From sequence record OZ035800.1: DNA of 64,000 bases. The stretch is one strand, 5' to 3'. Source of the DNA: Felixounavirus LF82P5. This document shows, piece after piece, positions 19,516 to 29,955 of the stretch (position 1 is the stretch's first letter; each line of letters opens with the position of its first letter). The notes below the pieces were generated by a model. It did no database searches. It was not told the origin of the DNA and worked only from the letters and a program-made list of their open reading frames with translations. The position numbers and the translations under genes were made by a program.

Positions 19516-19993
19516 AGAATACCTGCACTATGACCCCGAAACAGGGGTCTTTACTTGGTTAGTTGGTAGAAGAGGTAAGGCCAAAGCTGGCTCAGTAGCA
19601 GGTCTTAAACACCATAGTGGTTATATCTATATAAAACTCTTCGGAAAAAGATATGCAGCACACAGACTGGCATTCTTGTATATGAAAGGCTACCTCCCAA
19701 AATTTGTTGACCACAAGAATGGTATCAGGCACGACAACTGGTTCGACAATTTGAGAGAGTGTAGCAGGTCAGACAACAACTGCAATGCAGTCAAAAGAAA
19801 AGATAATAAGTCTGGTGTGAAGGGTGTATATTACCACAAGCAAAGAGGTAGATGGGCTGCACAAGTCAAGCATAATAAAGTATGCTACCATCTAGGTTTA
19901 TTTGACTCTATCACTGAGGCTGAATCAGTTGTCAAAAAGAAAAGAGAAGAACTACATAAAGAGTTTTCAAATCACGGAGAAGCTTATGAATGA
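19469..19993 (+). CDS. HNH homing endonuclease with AP2 domain
   Basis: HNH motif VDHKNGIRHDNWFDNLRE...DNNCN; AP2-like GVKGVYYHKQRGRWAAQV; N-terminal YDPETGV motif shared with 9388..9903. Confidence 0.8.
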   Translation: MISMGGHQMLTQQTLKEYLHYDPETGVFTWLVGRRGKAKAGSVAGLKHHSGYIYIKLFGKRYAAHRLAFLYMKGYLPKFVDHKNGIRHDNWFDNLRECSRSDNNCNAVKRKDNKSGVKGVYYHKQRGRWAAQVKHNKVCYHLGLFDSITEAESVVKKKREELHKEFSNHGEAYE

Positions 19994-20487
19994 AGATTAA
20001 AGGATTTGGCAATTGCCCTACCTATGGTCATTGGGTGTCTTTATGTGGGGAAGTTGACCCCACTAAACATTTTGGCTTTGTCTATTTAGTGCACTGTAAG
20101 AAGACTGGACAATATTATATCGGAAAGAAACAGCTTAACAGTGTGACCAAAAGAAAAGTTGCTGGGAAGACTCGGAAGAAGGTAGTCACTAAGGAAAGTG
20201 ATTGGATGACTTATGAGACTTCTTCCGAGTATATTAAAAAAGATATTGAGAGCTTTGGAAAAGAATTTTTTGACTTTTACATTATTCAGACCTACTACAC
20301 AAAAGGTGGCCTAGTCTATGGTGAAGCAAACCTTCAACATAAATTCGATGTAATGACAAAAAGGATTGACTCGAAGCTCAGACTCTTCTACAATGCCAAT
20401 ATTGCAGCAATTAAGTTTATCACTAAAGAAACTTATGAAGATGCTGAAAAAAGAATCCATAAGGTAATGAAAGCAAATTGTGCTTGA
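19990..20487 (+). CDS. possible GIY-YIG-like nuclease
   Basis: FVYLVHCKKTGQYYIGKK fits the G-I-Y...Y-I-G spacing with an Arg about 10 aa later; weak. Confidence 0.35.
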   Translation: MKIKGFGNCPTYGHWVSLCGEVDPTKHFGFVYLVHCKKTGQYYIGKKQLNSVTKRKVAGKTRKKVVTKESDWMTYETSSEYIKKDIESFGKEFFDFYIIQTYYTKGGLVYGEANLQHKFDVMTKRIDSKLRLFYNANIAAIKFITKETYEDAEKRIHKVMKANCA

Positions 20488-20508
20488 TAACTATTGAGAG
20501 AGAATAAA

Positions 20509-20739
20509 ATGTTTAACAAAAGCAAAGCTGTGAGTCATGTAGCAAAAGTTGACAGCAAGATTGAAGAACTTGAGCGCATCCTTGCAAATGCTAGAGAGTC
20601 AATAATCAAAGAAGTTGAAGCTGTTGAATCTCAAATGCAGCACCTAATGCTTAAACGTCAAGAGCTACGTGAGCATCTAGAATATATTGAAACACGAGAG
20701 CTAAAAGTTAACAGATTTTTAAGGAGTCCAAATGTTTAA
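20509..20739 (+). CDS. hypothetical coiled-coil protein
   Basis: Track start 20494 is TTG; moved to ATG 20509 with GAGAG Shine-Dalgarno. Confidence 0.45.
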   Translation: MFNKSKAVSHVAKVDSKIEELERILANARESIIKEVEAVESQMQHLMLKRQELREHLEYIETRELKVNRFLRSPNV

Positions 20740-21487
20740 CTCAAGAGAAGCAGTAAAAAACTGGAATCTTCGTTGTGGAAACACTCAAAAGCAACCTTAC
20801 AGTTATGAGTATTGGGAATCTTTAAAATCCCAGTCTCTGTGTATGCTGGAAGAAGCAAAAGAGCTTGTAAAAGCAATTGAAGAGAAAGACCCCATTGAGA
20901 CACTGGATGCTCAGGCAGATTTGCAATATGTTCTTGATGGTCTGATTTATCTGTCACAACATGACCATAACGGTGCTATGAAAGCTGTTTGCCATAATAA
21001 TGACCTGAAGTACACAGATGACTATGAAGAAGCTTTAAAACGTCTTGCAGACATTGAAAAGCGTACTGGTCAAGAGTGTGTTATCAGAATGTCAGTAGTT
21101 GATGGTAAAGAGTGGTATGCGATTGTCCGTGCAGCCGATGGGAAGATTATGAAGCAATCAAATCTCCCTAAAGTACAGCTTGGTGAATACATTGTAGAAC
21201 TTGAAAGCCAAGAACTTTTTGTGGTAGTATCTGAGACATGCGTTATCTGCAAAGGTATTGTAGGTAGCTTAAAGGATTTGGGTGTAGATGGTTTTGTAGA
21301 AGTTAATCCAATTACCTCTAAAGCAGATAAAGATTTCTGTAAAGAGAATGGACTATGGATTGCAGATATTATCTACTATGATGGTGAGCAGTTCCATGTA
21401 ACCTCATACCCGAAACTGAATTATGATGCTAATAACCTGAAGTGTTGGTTAAAAGGGGTTGGTTATAATGGATTCACAGAACATTAA
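20732..21487 (+). CDS. MazG-like nucleotide pyrophosphohydrolase domain protein
   Basis: N-terminal EExxE...E.LD..ADL pattern (LEEAKELVKAIE...ETLDAQADLQYVLDGL). Confidence 0.35.
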   Translation: MFNSREAVKNWNLRCGNTQKQPYSYEYWESLKSQSLCMLEEAKELVKAIEEKDPIETLDAQADLQYVLDGLIYLSQHDHNGAMKAVCHNNDLKYTDDYEEALKRLADIEKRTGQECVIRMSVVDGKEWYAIVRAADGKIMKQSNLPKVQLGEYIVELESQELFVVVSETCVICKGIVGSLKDLGVDGFVEVNPITSKADKDFCKENGLWIADIIYYDGEQFHVTSYPKLNYDANNLKCWLKGVGYNGFTEH

Positions 21488-21791
21488 TAAAGAGGGTGTG
21501 GCTCAGAAGAGCCACTTCTCAAACTACAATATTTCTATGACGGTGTTTATGAATGACCCGTTACTAGAAAAATATGGTGAGACTCCAGATACACTTCTGG
21601 ACAATGAACAAGTTTTAAAAGCAGTCCTGTACAAATATGGGATTGATATTGAGAAAGAGTATTCTTTTGAAATCTGCCAACACAGAAATACTTTTGGGAA
21701 AGTTGTAATGGCTCCACTCTTCATGGGTGTAGAAAGGACTGACTATGGTTGGTTATATCTAAAAAGAAACTTGGAGAAATACCGTGTCTAA
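21459..21791 (+). CDS. hypothetical protein
   Basis: 110-aa ORF. Confidence 0.4.
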   Translation: MVIMDSQNINKEGVAQKSHFSNYNISMTVFMNDPLLEKYGETPDTLLDNEQVLKAVLYKYGIDIEKEYSFEICQHRNTFGKVVMAPLFMGVERTDYGWLYLKRNLEKYRV

Positions 21792-22119
21792 AACAAAAAA
21801 GCTATCTTATGATGACATTATCTCAGGTGCTAAGTTAGGTGTTGACAGTATCGGACAAGATATCAAGCACGGAGACACAGTCATGTACTGTGATGACCGA
21901 AGAGGAAGAAGTGCAATCTTGTTTGGAAGGATTGTTTGCAAGATGCGAGGTAATTACGTTGTTGCAGACATGGATGTGAACGTTACACAAAAACTTGAAA
22001 CAATTATGGATGATAATACATCATCATGGCTCCTGAATTGTATGCACACTTCTTCAGTCACAAAAGTAAGTGATAAGTTTTACGATATGTGGCAGAATGA
22101 GCAAATTTTCAAGATTTAA
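21784..22119 (+). CDS. hypothetical protein
   Basis: 111-aa ORF followed by a terminator. Confidence 0.45.
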   Translation: MSKTKKLSYDDIISGAKLGVDSIGQDIKHGDTVMYCDDRRGRSAILFGRIVCKMRGNYVVADMDVNVTQKLETIMDDNTSSWLLNCMHTSSVTKVSDKFYDMWQNEQIFKI

Positions 22120-22125
22120 ACTAGG

Positions 22126-22147
22126 GAGCCTCTTCGGAGGCTCTTTT
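22126..22147 (+). terminator. rho-independent terminator
   Basis: GAGCCTC-TTCG-GAGGCTC hairpin followed by TTTT. Confidence 0.65.
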
Positions 22148-22165
22148 CATCTGTAGGATTCGAAA

Positions 22166-24400
22166 ATGATTAAGACAATTAAAAAATCAAATGGTACAGT
22201 AGTAAGCTTTGACCCAGAAAGACTGAATAAGTGGGCATCATGGGCAGATAAACGTGGAATTATCTGGTCAGAAGTCACTATGGAAGCTATGAAACGTGTC
22301 TATGAAGGTTGCACTACAAAAGAGATGCACCAAGCCATGATTGATGTTTGTGTTGATAAACAAACTCAAGAGTACTCAGATATGGCTGGACGACTGCTTT
22401 TGGGTATTATCTACAAAGAAGCCTTTGGAGGCTTTACTAAGGTTCCTACGCTGATTACCTTCGTTAAAAATATGGAGAGAGCAGGACTTTGGGAGAAGAT
22501 GGATTATTCACAGGAAGAGCTTGAATACCTGCAAGGTTACATCGTGCACTCAAAAGATATCTCTTACGGTTATGCAGTCTTGAAACAGTTCAGAGACAAG
22601 TACGGCATCCGTGATATTAAAACGGGAAGACTGTTTGAGTCACCACAATTTATGTTTATGGGTATGGCTATGAAAGCCTTTGAGAAGCAACCAAAGCACC
22701 GTAGACTGCAAGATGTTATCAAGCTGTACACTTACCTATCTGACCTGAAGATTAACGCTCCTACGCCTTATTTAAACGGTTTAAGAGCCACCAAGTCAGG
22801 CTATGCGTCATGCTGTTTGATTAAGGCAAATGATACTGCTGAATCACTTGGTATTGCTGCAAAGGTTGCTTATGATATGACTACAAAGCAAGCTGGTATT
22901 GGTATGCTGATGGAGACTCGCACTATTGGTGATGGTATCCGTCAAAATACTATTGAGCACATGGGTAAACTACCTTATTACAAGCTTGTACGTTCATCTG
23001 TAGAGGCAAACAAACAGAAGAGTCGTGGTGGTTCAGCTAATAACTTCTACACTGCTCTAGACCCGCAGATTGAAGATTTACTGCGTTTGAAGCACCCTAC
23101 AACGGTTCCTTCTAAACGTATTAATGAGATGGACTACTCATTCGGCACAAACGATTATTTCTGGCAGTGTGTTCAGTATGATACAGATTGGTTGCTATTC
23201 TCTTACAAAGATGCACCAAAACTCTATGACATGTTCTACACAGCATCTGCTGATGAGTTTGCTATGGCAGTTGGTCATGCAGTACATTCAGGTGTTAAGC
23301 ACAGACGGGTAAAGGCTCGTGAAATTGCTAAGCTGTTTATTCAACAGCGTTATGCTACAGGTCGTGTGTATCCATTCTTCACTAACAATGCAAACACACA
23401 TACACCATTTAAAGAACCATTGAAGATGTCAAATCTTTGTATGGAAATTGTATTGCCAGTGTATGGTTTTGAGAAAGAGACAGACCTTTACAGATATGAT
23501 GCTGTGAAAGAGGATGGTGAGGTGGCTCTTTGCTTCCTAGCTAGTTTGGTTGCAGGGAGAATTTCAGAAGATGAATACGCTGACGTTGCTTATTATGCTC
23601 TTGCAATGGTTGACTCCGTTATTGACCTTATGGATTATCCGTATCCGTCGATGCGTAACCACGTTCAGAAGCGTCGTTCTGTTGGGATTGGCCTTACAAA
23701 TGTGGCTCATTACCTTGCGAAGAACTACGTGAACTACTCTTCACGAGCAGGTAAAACGAAACTTCATGAACTGGCAGAGATGCACTCTTACTATCTGCAT
23801 GAAGCCTCTCTGAGACTTGCTAAAGAGCGTGGCGTTCCAGAATACATGAAGTTCACTAAGTATCCTGAAGGCTGGGTTCCTCCAAAGACAGCTAACAAGA
23901 AGATTGATGAAAAGCATGATGCAAAACTACGATATGATTGGGATGACTTAGCACAACGTATCAAAGAAAATGGTGGAATCCGAAACTCTGTATTAGAAGC
24001 TTACATGCCTAATGAGAGTTCTTCACTGGCAACCAATACGACAAATGGCTTGTATCCAATTCGTGACTTTATTTTAACTAAAAAGTCTGCAACTGGTAAC
24101 GTACTGTTTATTGTTCCAGATTATGAAGAGTTGAAGTATGTATATGAAATTGCTTGGGGTATTGACACCTTTGATATGATTGATTGTTATGCAATTGTTC
24201 AAAAGTTCACTGGTCAAGCTATCTCTTCAGACTTCTATGTTGACTATGCAAAGTCTAAGAAGGTATCATTGGCTCAAGCTCTGAAGTACATGATTTATGC
24301 CAACTCGGTAGGTATGAAAACCATGTACTATCTGAACAGCCGTATCGGTGTAGGTAAATCTGCACTGCAAGATGCTTATTGCGAGGGTTGTGGTGTTTAG
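22166..24400 (+). CDS. nrdA: ribonucleoside-diphosphate reductase, large subunit
   Basis: 744 aa; class I RNR large-subunit-like sequence; followed by nrdB. Confidence 0.85.
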   Translation: MIKTIKKSNGTVVSFDPERLNKWASWADKRGIIWSEVTMEAMKRVYEGCTTKEMHQAMIDVCVDKQTQEYSDMAGRLLLGIIYKEAFGGFTKVPTLITFVKNMERAGLWEKMDYSQEELEYLQGYIVHSKDISYGYAVLKQFRDKYGIRDIKTGRLFESPQFMFMGMAMKAFEKQPKHRRLQDVIKLYTYLSDLKINAPTPYLNGLRATKSGYASCCLIKANDTAESLGIAAKVAYDMTTKQAGIGMLMETRTIGDGIRQNTIEHMGKLPYYKLVRSSVEANKQKSRGGSANNFYTALDPQIEDLLRLKHPTTVPSKRINEMDYSFGTNDYFWQCVQYDTDWLLFSYKDAPKLYDMFYTASADEFAMAVGHAVHSGVKHRRVKAREIAKLFIQQRYATGRVYPFFTNNANTHTPFKEPLKMSNLCMEIVLPVYGFEKETDLYRYDAVKEDGEVALCFLASLVAGRISEDEYADVAYYALAMVDSVIDLMDYPYPSMRNHVQKRRSVGIGLTNVAHYLAKNYVNYSSRAGKTKLHELAEMHSYYLHEASLRLAKERGVPEYMKFTKYPEGWVPPKTANKKIDEKHDAKLRYDWDDLAQRIKENGGIRNSVLEAYMPNESSSLATNTTNGLYPIRDFILTKKSATGNVLFIVPDYEELKYVYEIAWGIDTFDMIDCYAIVQKFTGQAISSDFYVDYAKSKKVSLAQALKYMIYANSVGMKTMYYLNSRIGVGKSALQDAYCEGCGV

Positions 24401-24455
24401 TTTTAACAACTATGAGGGTCGTAAAAGACCCTCTAAAAATAACTTTGGAGAGAGT

Positions 24456-24713
24456 ATGAAGGACTTAATAGCAAATCATGAGTGGCCAATTTATCTGCTC
24501 TACAAACCTCGGAAAACGTTGTACTATGTAAGTAGTACAGATATGATGATAAAACAAAATGATGACTCATGGGTCGATGGTGTGTCATACATCTCTACAG
24601 CAGATGGTAAAATCTATGCAAGACCATATGAGATGTTCAATGAAGAAAATTGGGAAGTTCTAGACCGAAAACAAGCCTTAGAAATGATAAAGAAAGGAGA
24701 AATCACACTATGA
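24456..24713 (+). CDS. hypothetical small protein between nrdA and nrdB
   Basis: Track ORF trimmed to ATG with GGAGAG Shine-Dalgarno; ATGA overlap with nrdB start. Confidence 0.4.
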   Translation: MKDLIANHEWPIYLLYKPRKTLYYVSSTDMMIKQNDDSWVDGVSYISTADGKIYARPYEMFNEENWEVLDRKQALEMIKKGEITL

Positions 24714-25783
24714 TTAACCAACACCCAATCTTTTTAGGTGGTGAGAGAAAGACATTTGACTCACTTAATAAACACTACCCAAAAATCTTTGAGCTTTATA
24801 AACAACAAAAAGCACAAGATTGGTCAGAAGATGAGTTCCCTTTTGAACAATCACGTCTTGATTTTGAGAGTGTCCCAGCATCAATGTCAGGTGTAATGCT
24901 TGAGATTCTTAAGTGGCAGTGGGAAGCAGATACCCAAGTTGCTAAGAGCTTGGCATTCGCCTTTGCACCATTCATCTCTGATGACATCTATGCAACTGCA
25001 ATTATGAAGCAGTCTGAGATTGAAAACCTACATGCTCTTACTTACTCAGAGATTGTAAGGCAATGTATTAAAAACCCTGAAACAATCTTAGATGAGATTA
25101 ACCAGAATGTTGCTGTGCAAGACCGATTAAAAACTGTGAATCGTGTTCTTGAAGAATTACTGGATGAAGGCATAAACTATCGTCTCAGTTATGTGCGTGA
25201 CTCACTTCTGGACAAAGACCCATTACACTTCCATAAAGTGATTCTAAAAGGTCTATTTGCAGTGACTGCACTTGAAGGTATTTCCTTCATGGCATCCTTT
25301 GCATGTACCTTTGCACTTGATGCTCAGGATAAATTTCAGGGTATTGCTCAAGCTGTCCAGAAAATTATGCTTGATGAAATCCTTCACACTAAAATTGATA
25401 TTGAAGTTTTAAAAGAAACTTTAAGAGATGATGAGTGGCAGAAAGCTTTTCAACAAATTCTTCCAGAGATTAAAGTAATCTTAGATGAAGTAGTTGAAAG
25501 TGAAGAGAAATGGTCGTATTATATCTTCTCCGAAGGACGTGCTGTAGTTGGCTTAAATACAAAGCTTCTTCATGAGTGGGTTTACTATAATGCTGCCCCA
25601 CTGTATGATATGTTTGGAATTCCCAGAGATTTTGTAGCTCCTAAAGAACCACCTTTGAAGTACATGATTAAGAAGATGGAAATTGATAAAGAGCAGAATG
25701 CTAATCAGGAGCAACAGAACGGTGCGTACCTGTTGAATACTGTTGTAGATGATTTGAATAGTGGATTTTTAGAGGTTCCTTAA
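24710..25783 (+). CDS. nrdB: ribonucleoside-diphosphate reductase, small subunit
   Basis: Start moved to ATG (MINQHPIF) with AGGAGA Shine-Dalgarno; class I R2-like sequence. Confidence 0.85.
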   Translation: MINQHPIFLGGERKTFDSLNKHYPKIFELYKQQKAQDWSEDEFPFEQSRLDFESVPASMSGVMLEILKWQWEADTQVAKSLAFAFAPFISDDIYATAIMKQSEIENLHALTYSEIVRQCIKNPETILDEINQNVAVQDRLKTVNRVLEELLDEGINYRLSYVRDSLLDKDPLHFHKVILKGLFAVTALEGISFMASFACTFALDAQDKFQGIAQAVQKIMLDEILHTKIDIEVLKETLRDDEWQKAFQQILPEIKVILDEVVESEEKWSYYIFSEGRAVVGLNTKLLHEWVYYNAAPLYDMFGIPRDFVAPKEPPLKYMIKKMEIDKEQNANQEQQNGAYLLNTVVDDLNSGFLEVP

Positions 25784-26025
25784 TGACTTATGTAATTTAC
25801 TCCAAAACTGGATGCCCTCAGTGTGAGACTGCAAAGAATTTTGCAAAAGCTCGTGGTATTGACCATGTTGTGAGAATGTTAGGGCAGGACTATGAACTAT
25901 CAGACCTGATGGATATTGCACAGATGCCAGTGCGTCAGATGCCATTCATCATGAAAACTGATGGGCAAAACCTAAAGCCTGTTGGAACGCTACAGAATTT
26001 TATGGCAGAGGTGAATAATGCTTAA
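25783..26025 (+). CDS. nrdH: glutaredoxin-like protein (NrdH/NrdC-like)
   Basis: 80 aa with CPQC redox motif near the N-terminus; sits between nrdB and nrdD. Confidence 0.7.
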   Translation: MTYVIYSKTGCPQCETAKNFAKARGIDHVVRMLGQDYELSDLMDIAQMPVRQMPFIMKTDGQNLKPVGTLQNFMAEVNNA

Positions 26026-26224
26026 ACGCCTTTGGGAAGGTTTGGTTGTTGATGCACCAGCTATTGTGATTGGTATGCTTATTGTTAACCTATTTACTGA
26101 CTTTGAACAAGGTTCATTGTTTGGAGCTATGTTACTATGGGTTATCTTCGAAATATTAGAGATACAGTTAGGTATCACTGAAAAACTAAGAGAACTCTTT
26201 TCGAAGTTTTCTAAAAAGATTTAA
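26018..26224 (+). CDS. small membrane protein
   Basis: 68 aa with two hydrophobic segments. Confidence 0.35.
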   Translation: MLKRLWEGLVVDAPAIVIGMLIVNLFTDFEQGSLFGAMLLWVIFEILEIQLGITEKLRELFSKFSKKI

Positions 26225-26231
26225 AATGAAA

Positions 26232-26253
26232 GGGTCTCTTCGGAGACCTTTTT
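26232..26253 (+). terminator. rho-independent terminator
   Basis: GGGTCTC-TTCG-GAGACC hairpin followed by TTTTT. Confidence 0.6.
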
Positions 26254-26272
26254 AGCATGTAAAGGGGCAATA

Positions 26273-28417
26273 ATGAACAAAGTACAGATTATTAAAAAGA
26301 ACGGCTCACTTGAAGAACCTGATATCAAAAAAGTTTTAGCAGCAGTCACAAAGTCAGCTAACAGAGTTGGTTATAAAGAGCTTCCACCAGATGTTACTCA
26401 AGCTCTTGAGTCAGCATTTATGAGGATTCTGGTAAAGTCCACTAAGCAGAATAATTTGCTAATTTCTGTAAATGATATTCACAGTATTGTTGAGGGTGCT
26501 TTGGCAGAAGTCAATCACGAGATTTATGAGTCTTACTCAACATATAGAAATTACCGTAAAGAAGTTGCTCAAAATTGGGATGAGCTTTACCAGAAGACCA
26601 AAGATACACTCTTCTTAGGTGACCGAGAAAACGCTAATTTTGACAGCAGTTTAATTTCTACAAAAGGTTCAATTATTCGTGGTTATCTGACTAAAGAAAT
26701 CTTTAAACAGTACCACTTAACACCAGAGGAACTTGAAGCCATTGAAAAAGGGTTTATCTATATCCATGATTTAAGAGACCTAATTTTTGGTGGTATCAAC
26801 TGTTGCCTGTTTGACATTGGTAAAGTCCTGAAAGGTGGCTTTGAAATGTCTGGCATCGAATATTGTGAACCGAAGTCTGTACTGTCAGCCTTACAGGTTA
26901 TTGGTGATGTAGTTCTTTCAGCAACTGCACAGCAATTTGGTGGCTTTACTTTAGCAGAGATTGATAAGGTACTCATACCGTATGCTAAGAAGTCTCTACG
27001 CTATCATGCTGAGAAAGCAGCATCTTATGGTATTCCTAAAGAACATTACCACAATTATGTCATGGAGCAGCTACAGATTGAACTGACTCAAGGTTTCCAG
27101 TCACTTGAAATGAAACTAAACACTGTACCTTGTAGTCGTGGGGATTTTGCATTTACAACTTTGACATTTGGTTTACTTGATTCAGATATGTCCAATGAAG
27201 ATAACCGACTGCAATATATGATTGCAAGTACTCTCCTAGATGTTCGTATTAATGGACAAGGTAAGAGCAAGAAACCTGTTGTATTCCCTAAACTGGTTTA
27301 TATTTATGACCAGAAGAGACATAATGAGAATATCTGTCAAGGCCACCTGTACAGTAAAGCTATTGAGTGTTGCTCTAAAGCAATGTACCCAGATTTCTTA
27401 AGTGTGTCTGGTCATGGTGCTGTAGCAGGGGCTTTTGAGCGTTCTGGCAAGGTAATTTCACCGATGGGTTGCAGAGCTTTCTTATCCCCATATCTTAACG
27501 AGAATGGAGAAGAGTTCTACGTTGGTCGTGCTAATATTGGTGCTGTATCTTTGAACTTACCAATGATTTACCAGTATTCTAAAGAGAATGGTTTAGATTT
27601 CTGGAAAGAGCTTGATAAGTACCTAGAGATGATTCGTAGTTTCCACAAGAAACGTTACGAAATGATTGCTAATATGCCAGCAAGTTCTAACCCTCTTGCA
27701 TTTACACAAGGTGGTCTGTACAAAGGAACTAAGAAGCCTACTGACAAGGTTGGTTGGGATATTGTGAAGTCCTTCACAGCTTCTTTTGGTGTTACTGCGC
27801 TTGATGAGCTATCTGTTCTTGCTGAAGGTAAACGACTTCATGAAGTTGGAAGCTGTAGTTTTGCATACGATGTTCTGGCATACATCAACATGAAAACTGA
27901 AGAGTTTAAAAATGAAGATGGCTTCTTATATGCCGTCTATGGTACTCCAGCAGAATCACTTTGCGGAACTCAGTTAAAACAGTTCAGAGATATGTTTGGC
28001 GTTATCAAAGGTGTTTCTGATAAGGAATACTTTACAAACAGTTTCCATATGAATGTTGCAGCAGACATCTCACCATTTAAGAAGCAGGACTTAGAAGAGC
28101 CATTCTTCCATATCTGTAGAGGTGGCAGAATCCAGTATGTCAGGGTAGCTAACCCAGAAAACTTACCAGCACTTAAAAGCTGTATTACCAGAGGGATGTT
28201 GAAAGGTTTCTATCAGGGACTTAACTTTGACTTAGCAATCTGTGAACATTGTGGTAACAGACCAAAATCAGATGTTGAAGAGTGTGAAGTTTGTCACTCA
28301 CATGATATCTCTGTGATTAACAGGGTGTGTGGTTATCTTGGATGGACTAAGATTAAAGGTGAATCACGAATGAATGATGCAAAAATCGCTGAGATTCGTG
28401 ACAGAGTTTCTATGTAA
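26273..28417 (+). CDS. nrdD: anaerobic ribonucleoside-triphosphate reductase
   Basis: 714 aa; C-terminal glycyl-radical motif RVCGYLG and zinc-ribbon cysteines CEHCGN...CEVCHSH. Confidence 0.85.
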   Translation: MNKVQIIKKNGSLEEPDIKKVLAAVTKSANRVGYKELPPDVTQALESAFMRILVKSTKQNNLLISVNDIHSIVEGALAEVNHEIYESYSTYRNYRKEVAQNWDELYQKTKDTLFLGDRENANFDSSLISTKGSIIRGYLTKEIFKQYHLTPEELEAIEKGFIYIHDLRDLIFGGINCCLFDIGKVLKGGFEMSGIEYCEPKSVLSALQVIGDVVLSATAQQFGGFTLAEIDKVLIPYAKKSLRYHAEKAASYGIPKEHYHNYVMEQLQIELTQGFQSLEMKLNTVPCSRGDFAFTTLTFGLLDSDMSNEDNRLQYMIASTLLDVRINGQGKSKKPVVFPKLVYIYDQKRHNENICQGHLYSKAIECCSKAMYPDFLSVSGHGAVAGAFERSGKVISPMGCRAFLSPYLNENGEEFYVGRANIGAVSLNLPMIYQYSKENGLDFWKELDKYLEMIRSFHKKRYEMIANMPASSNPLAFTQGGLYKGTKKPTDKVGWDIVKSFTASFGVTALDELSVLAEGKRLHEVGSCSFAYDVLAYINMKTEEFKNEDGFLYAVYGTPAESLCGTQLKQFRDMFGVIKGVSDKEYFTNSFHMNVAADISPFKKQDLEEPFFHICRGGRIQYVRVANPENLPALKSCITRGMLKGFYQGLNFDLAICEHCGNRPKSDVEECEVCHSHDISVINRVCGYLGWTKIKGESRMNDAKIAEIRDRVSM

Positions 28418-28571
28418 AACTTGACATGGTGGTGTGAGTCTTGATAGGCTTACATCACCTTTTTTATTGGATGTTAGATATGGCAGAGAGTATTATTGGG
28501 TTGTTCATAGGTTCTGTCTTACTAGGGTTCTTTTTAGGACTCTCTTATTGTGAATTAAGAGGCAAGTTAAA

Positions 28572-28772
28572 ATGTTTAAAATATCAAAAGCGTTGATATA
28601 CATTCTCCACATTCTAATCTTCTTATTTGGGGTTAGTGTTATGGTATGGGGTTTTTCAGACCCACAATGGAGTTTCGCATATCAGGGTCAGATGGATTTA
28701 TGGTCATGCTTCAAACCATTTTTAGGGTTAGTCATAGCATTCAGTGCATTGCCAACTAAGGTGAAATTATGA
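28572..28772 (+). CDS. small membrane protein
   Basis: 66 aa with two predicted TM helices. Confidence 0.4.
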   Translation: MFKISKALIYILHILIFLFGVSVMVWGFSDPQWSFAYQGQMDLWSCFKPFLGLVIAFSALPTKVKL

Positions 28773-29164
28773 TTAAGTTGAACAAAAAACAGTTAGAGTG
28801 GATTAAAGATTATGCCTCAGAGTGTGGCTCTTGCGAAAAGAATCACGTAAGATATTCAACATTCCATACGACCTTCACATTGTACCTCAGCGACAACGTT
28901 CTAAGTGATTCCGTAGAAGATGGTGTAGCGTTACCTAATGAATTGCTTGACAAATTAGCTGTAGTCTCTGGAACTTGGTCTGAAGAAGACGGTCATGAAT
29001 TATCTAACGATGTTGTCTTCTACACTCTTGAAAACATTATGAATCCAGAGTACATTATACTAATGACTTGTGCACAAGATTGTGTGCCATTACAAAACTT
29101 CATTAAAGAACACTGCGAAGAATTTATTACTAAACAGGTTCCTTGTCAGGTGGTGTTTGAATGA
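28769..29164 (+). CDS. hypothetical protein
   Basis: 131-aa Cys-rich ORF. Confidence 0.4.
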   Translation: MIKLNKKQLEWIKDYASECGSCEKNHVRYSTFHTTFTLYLSDNVLSDSVEDGVALPNELLDKLAVVSGTWSEEDGHELSNDVVFYTLENIMNPEYIILMTCAQDCVPLQNFIKEHCEEFITKQVPCQVVFE

Positions 29165-29460
29165 GTAAAACAATTCGAAGAAAAGGTTTAAAGAACGTTC
29201 ATGGACTCTATGAGTGGAGAAATGAGGTACGTAACAGAGAAAATGCTTCAGATGTCTACTTCCATTCTGATATGATGTCCAGAAAAGGTGGCTCTTACGA
29301 CTTCACAAGCCAGCCTTGTAGAGAGATTAAGAAGGCCACTAAACGTCTTACAAGAACACAAATAAGGCAGCTTTCTAAGACATCCTTCTTAGATGAAGAT
29401 TTTGATATTGATAGCAAGTCTCCAAAGAAAGCCGCTAAGAACACTTATATGTATTGGTGA
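29161..29460 (+). CDS. hypothetical protein
   Basis: 99-aa basic ORF. Confidence 0.4.
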   Translation: MSKTIRRKGLKNVHGLYEWRNEVRNRENASDVYFHSDMMSRKGGSYDFTSQPCREIKKATKRLTRTQIRQLSKTSFLDEDFDIDSKSPKKAAKNTYMYW

Positions 29461-29469
29461 GGTAACTAG

Positions 29470-29955
29470 ATGAATTACATGGAGATTCGACCATTTGACA
29501 CAGCTAATGGTGAAGGGGTTCGTGTAAGCCTCTTCGTAGCTGGTTGTAAGCATCACTGTGAAGGTTGCTTTAATAAGGAATCTTGGAAGTTTAATGCTGG
29601 TAAAGAGTTCACTTATGCAAACCTTTATGGCATCATTAAGTTAATGGATGATAATGCCATCAGTGGGCTGTCAATACTTGGTGGAGAACCTCTGGATGAT
29701 AGAAACATTCAAGAGGTTACCAACATATGCAAACGTATTAAAACCGTTTACCCAGAAAAATCTATCTGGCTCTGGACAGGTTTTCAGTTACATGAAAAAA
29801 TTCACCTTGATGTGATGAAATATGTTGACGTGGTGATTGATGGTAAGTATGATTCATCTAAACCAACAGTTAAACCGTATCGTGGTTCAGATAACCAAAA
29901 CCTCTGGAGAAAAGAGTACGGATGGCAAGGTGATTGTCAGTGGAGAGCAGAGTGA
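29470..29955 (+). CDS. nrdG: anaerobic ribonucleotide reductase activating protein (radical SAM)
   Basis: 161 aa; cysteine cluster CKHHCEGC near the N-terminus; downstream of nrdD. Confidence 0.8.
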   Translation: MNYMEIRPFDTANGEGVRVSLFVAGCKHHCEGCFNKESWKFNAGKEFTYANLYGIIKLMDDNAISGLSILGGEPLDDRNIQEVTNICKRIKTVYPEKSIWLWTGFQLHEKIHLDVMKYVDVVIDGKYDSSKPTVKPYRGSDNQNLWRKEYGWQGDCQWRAE

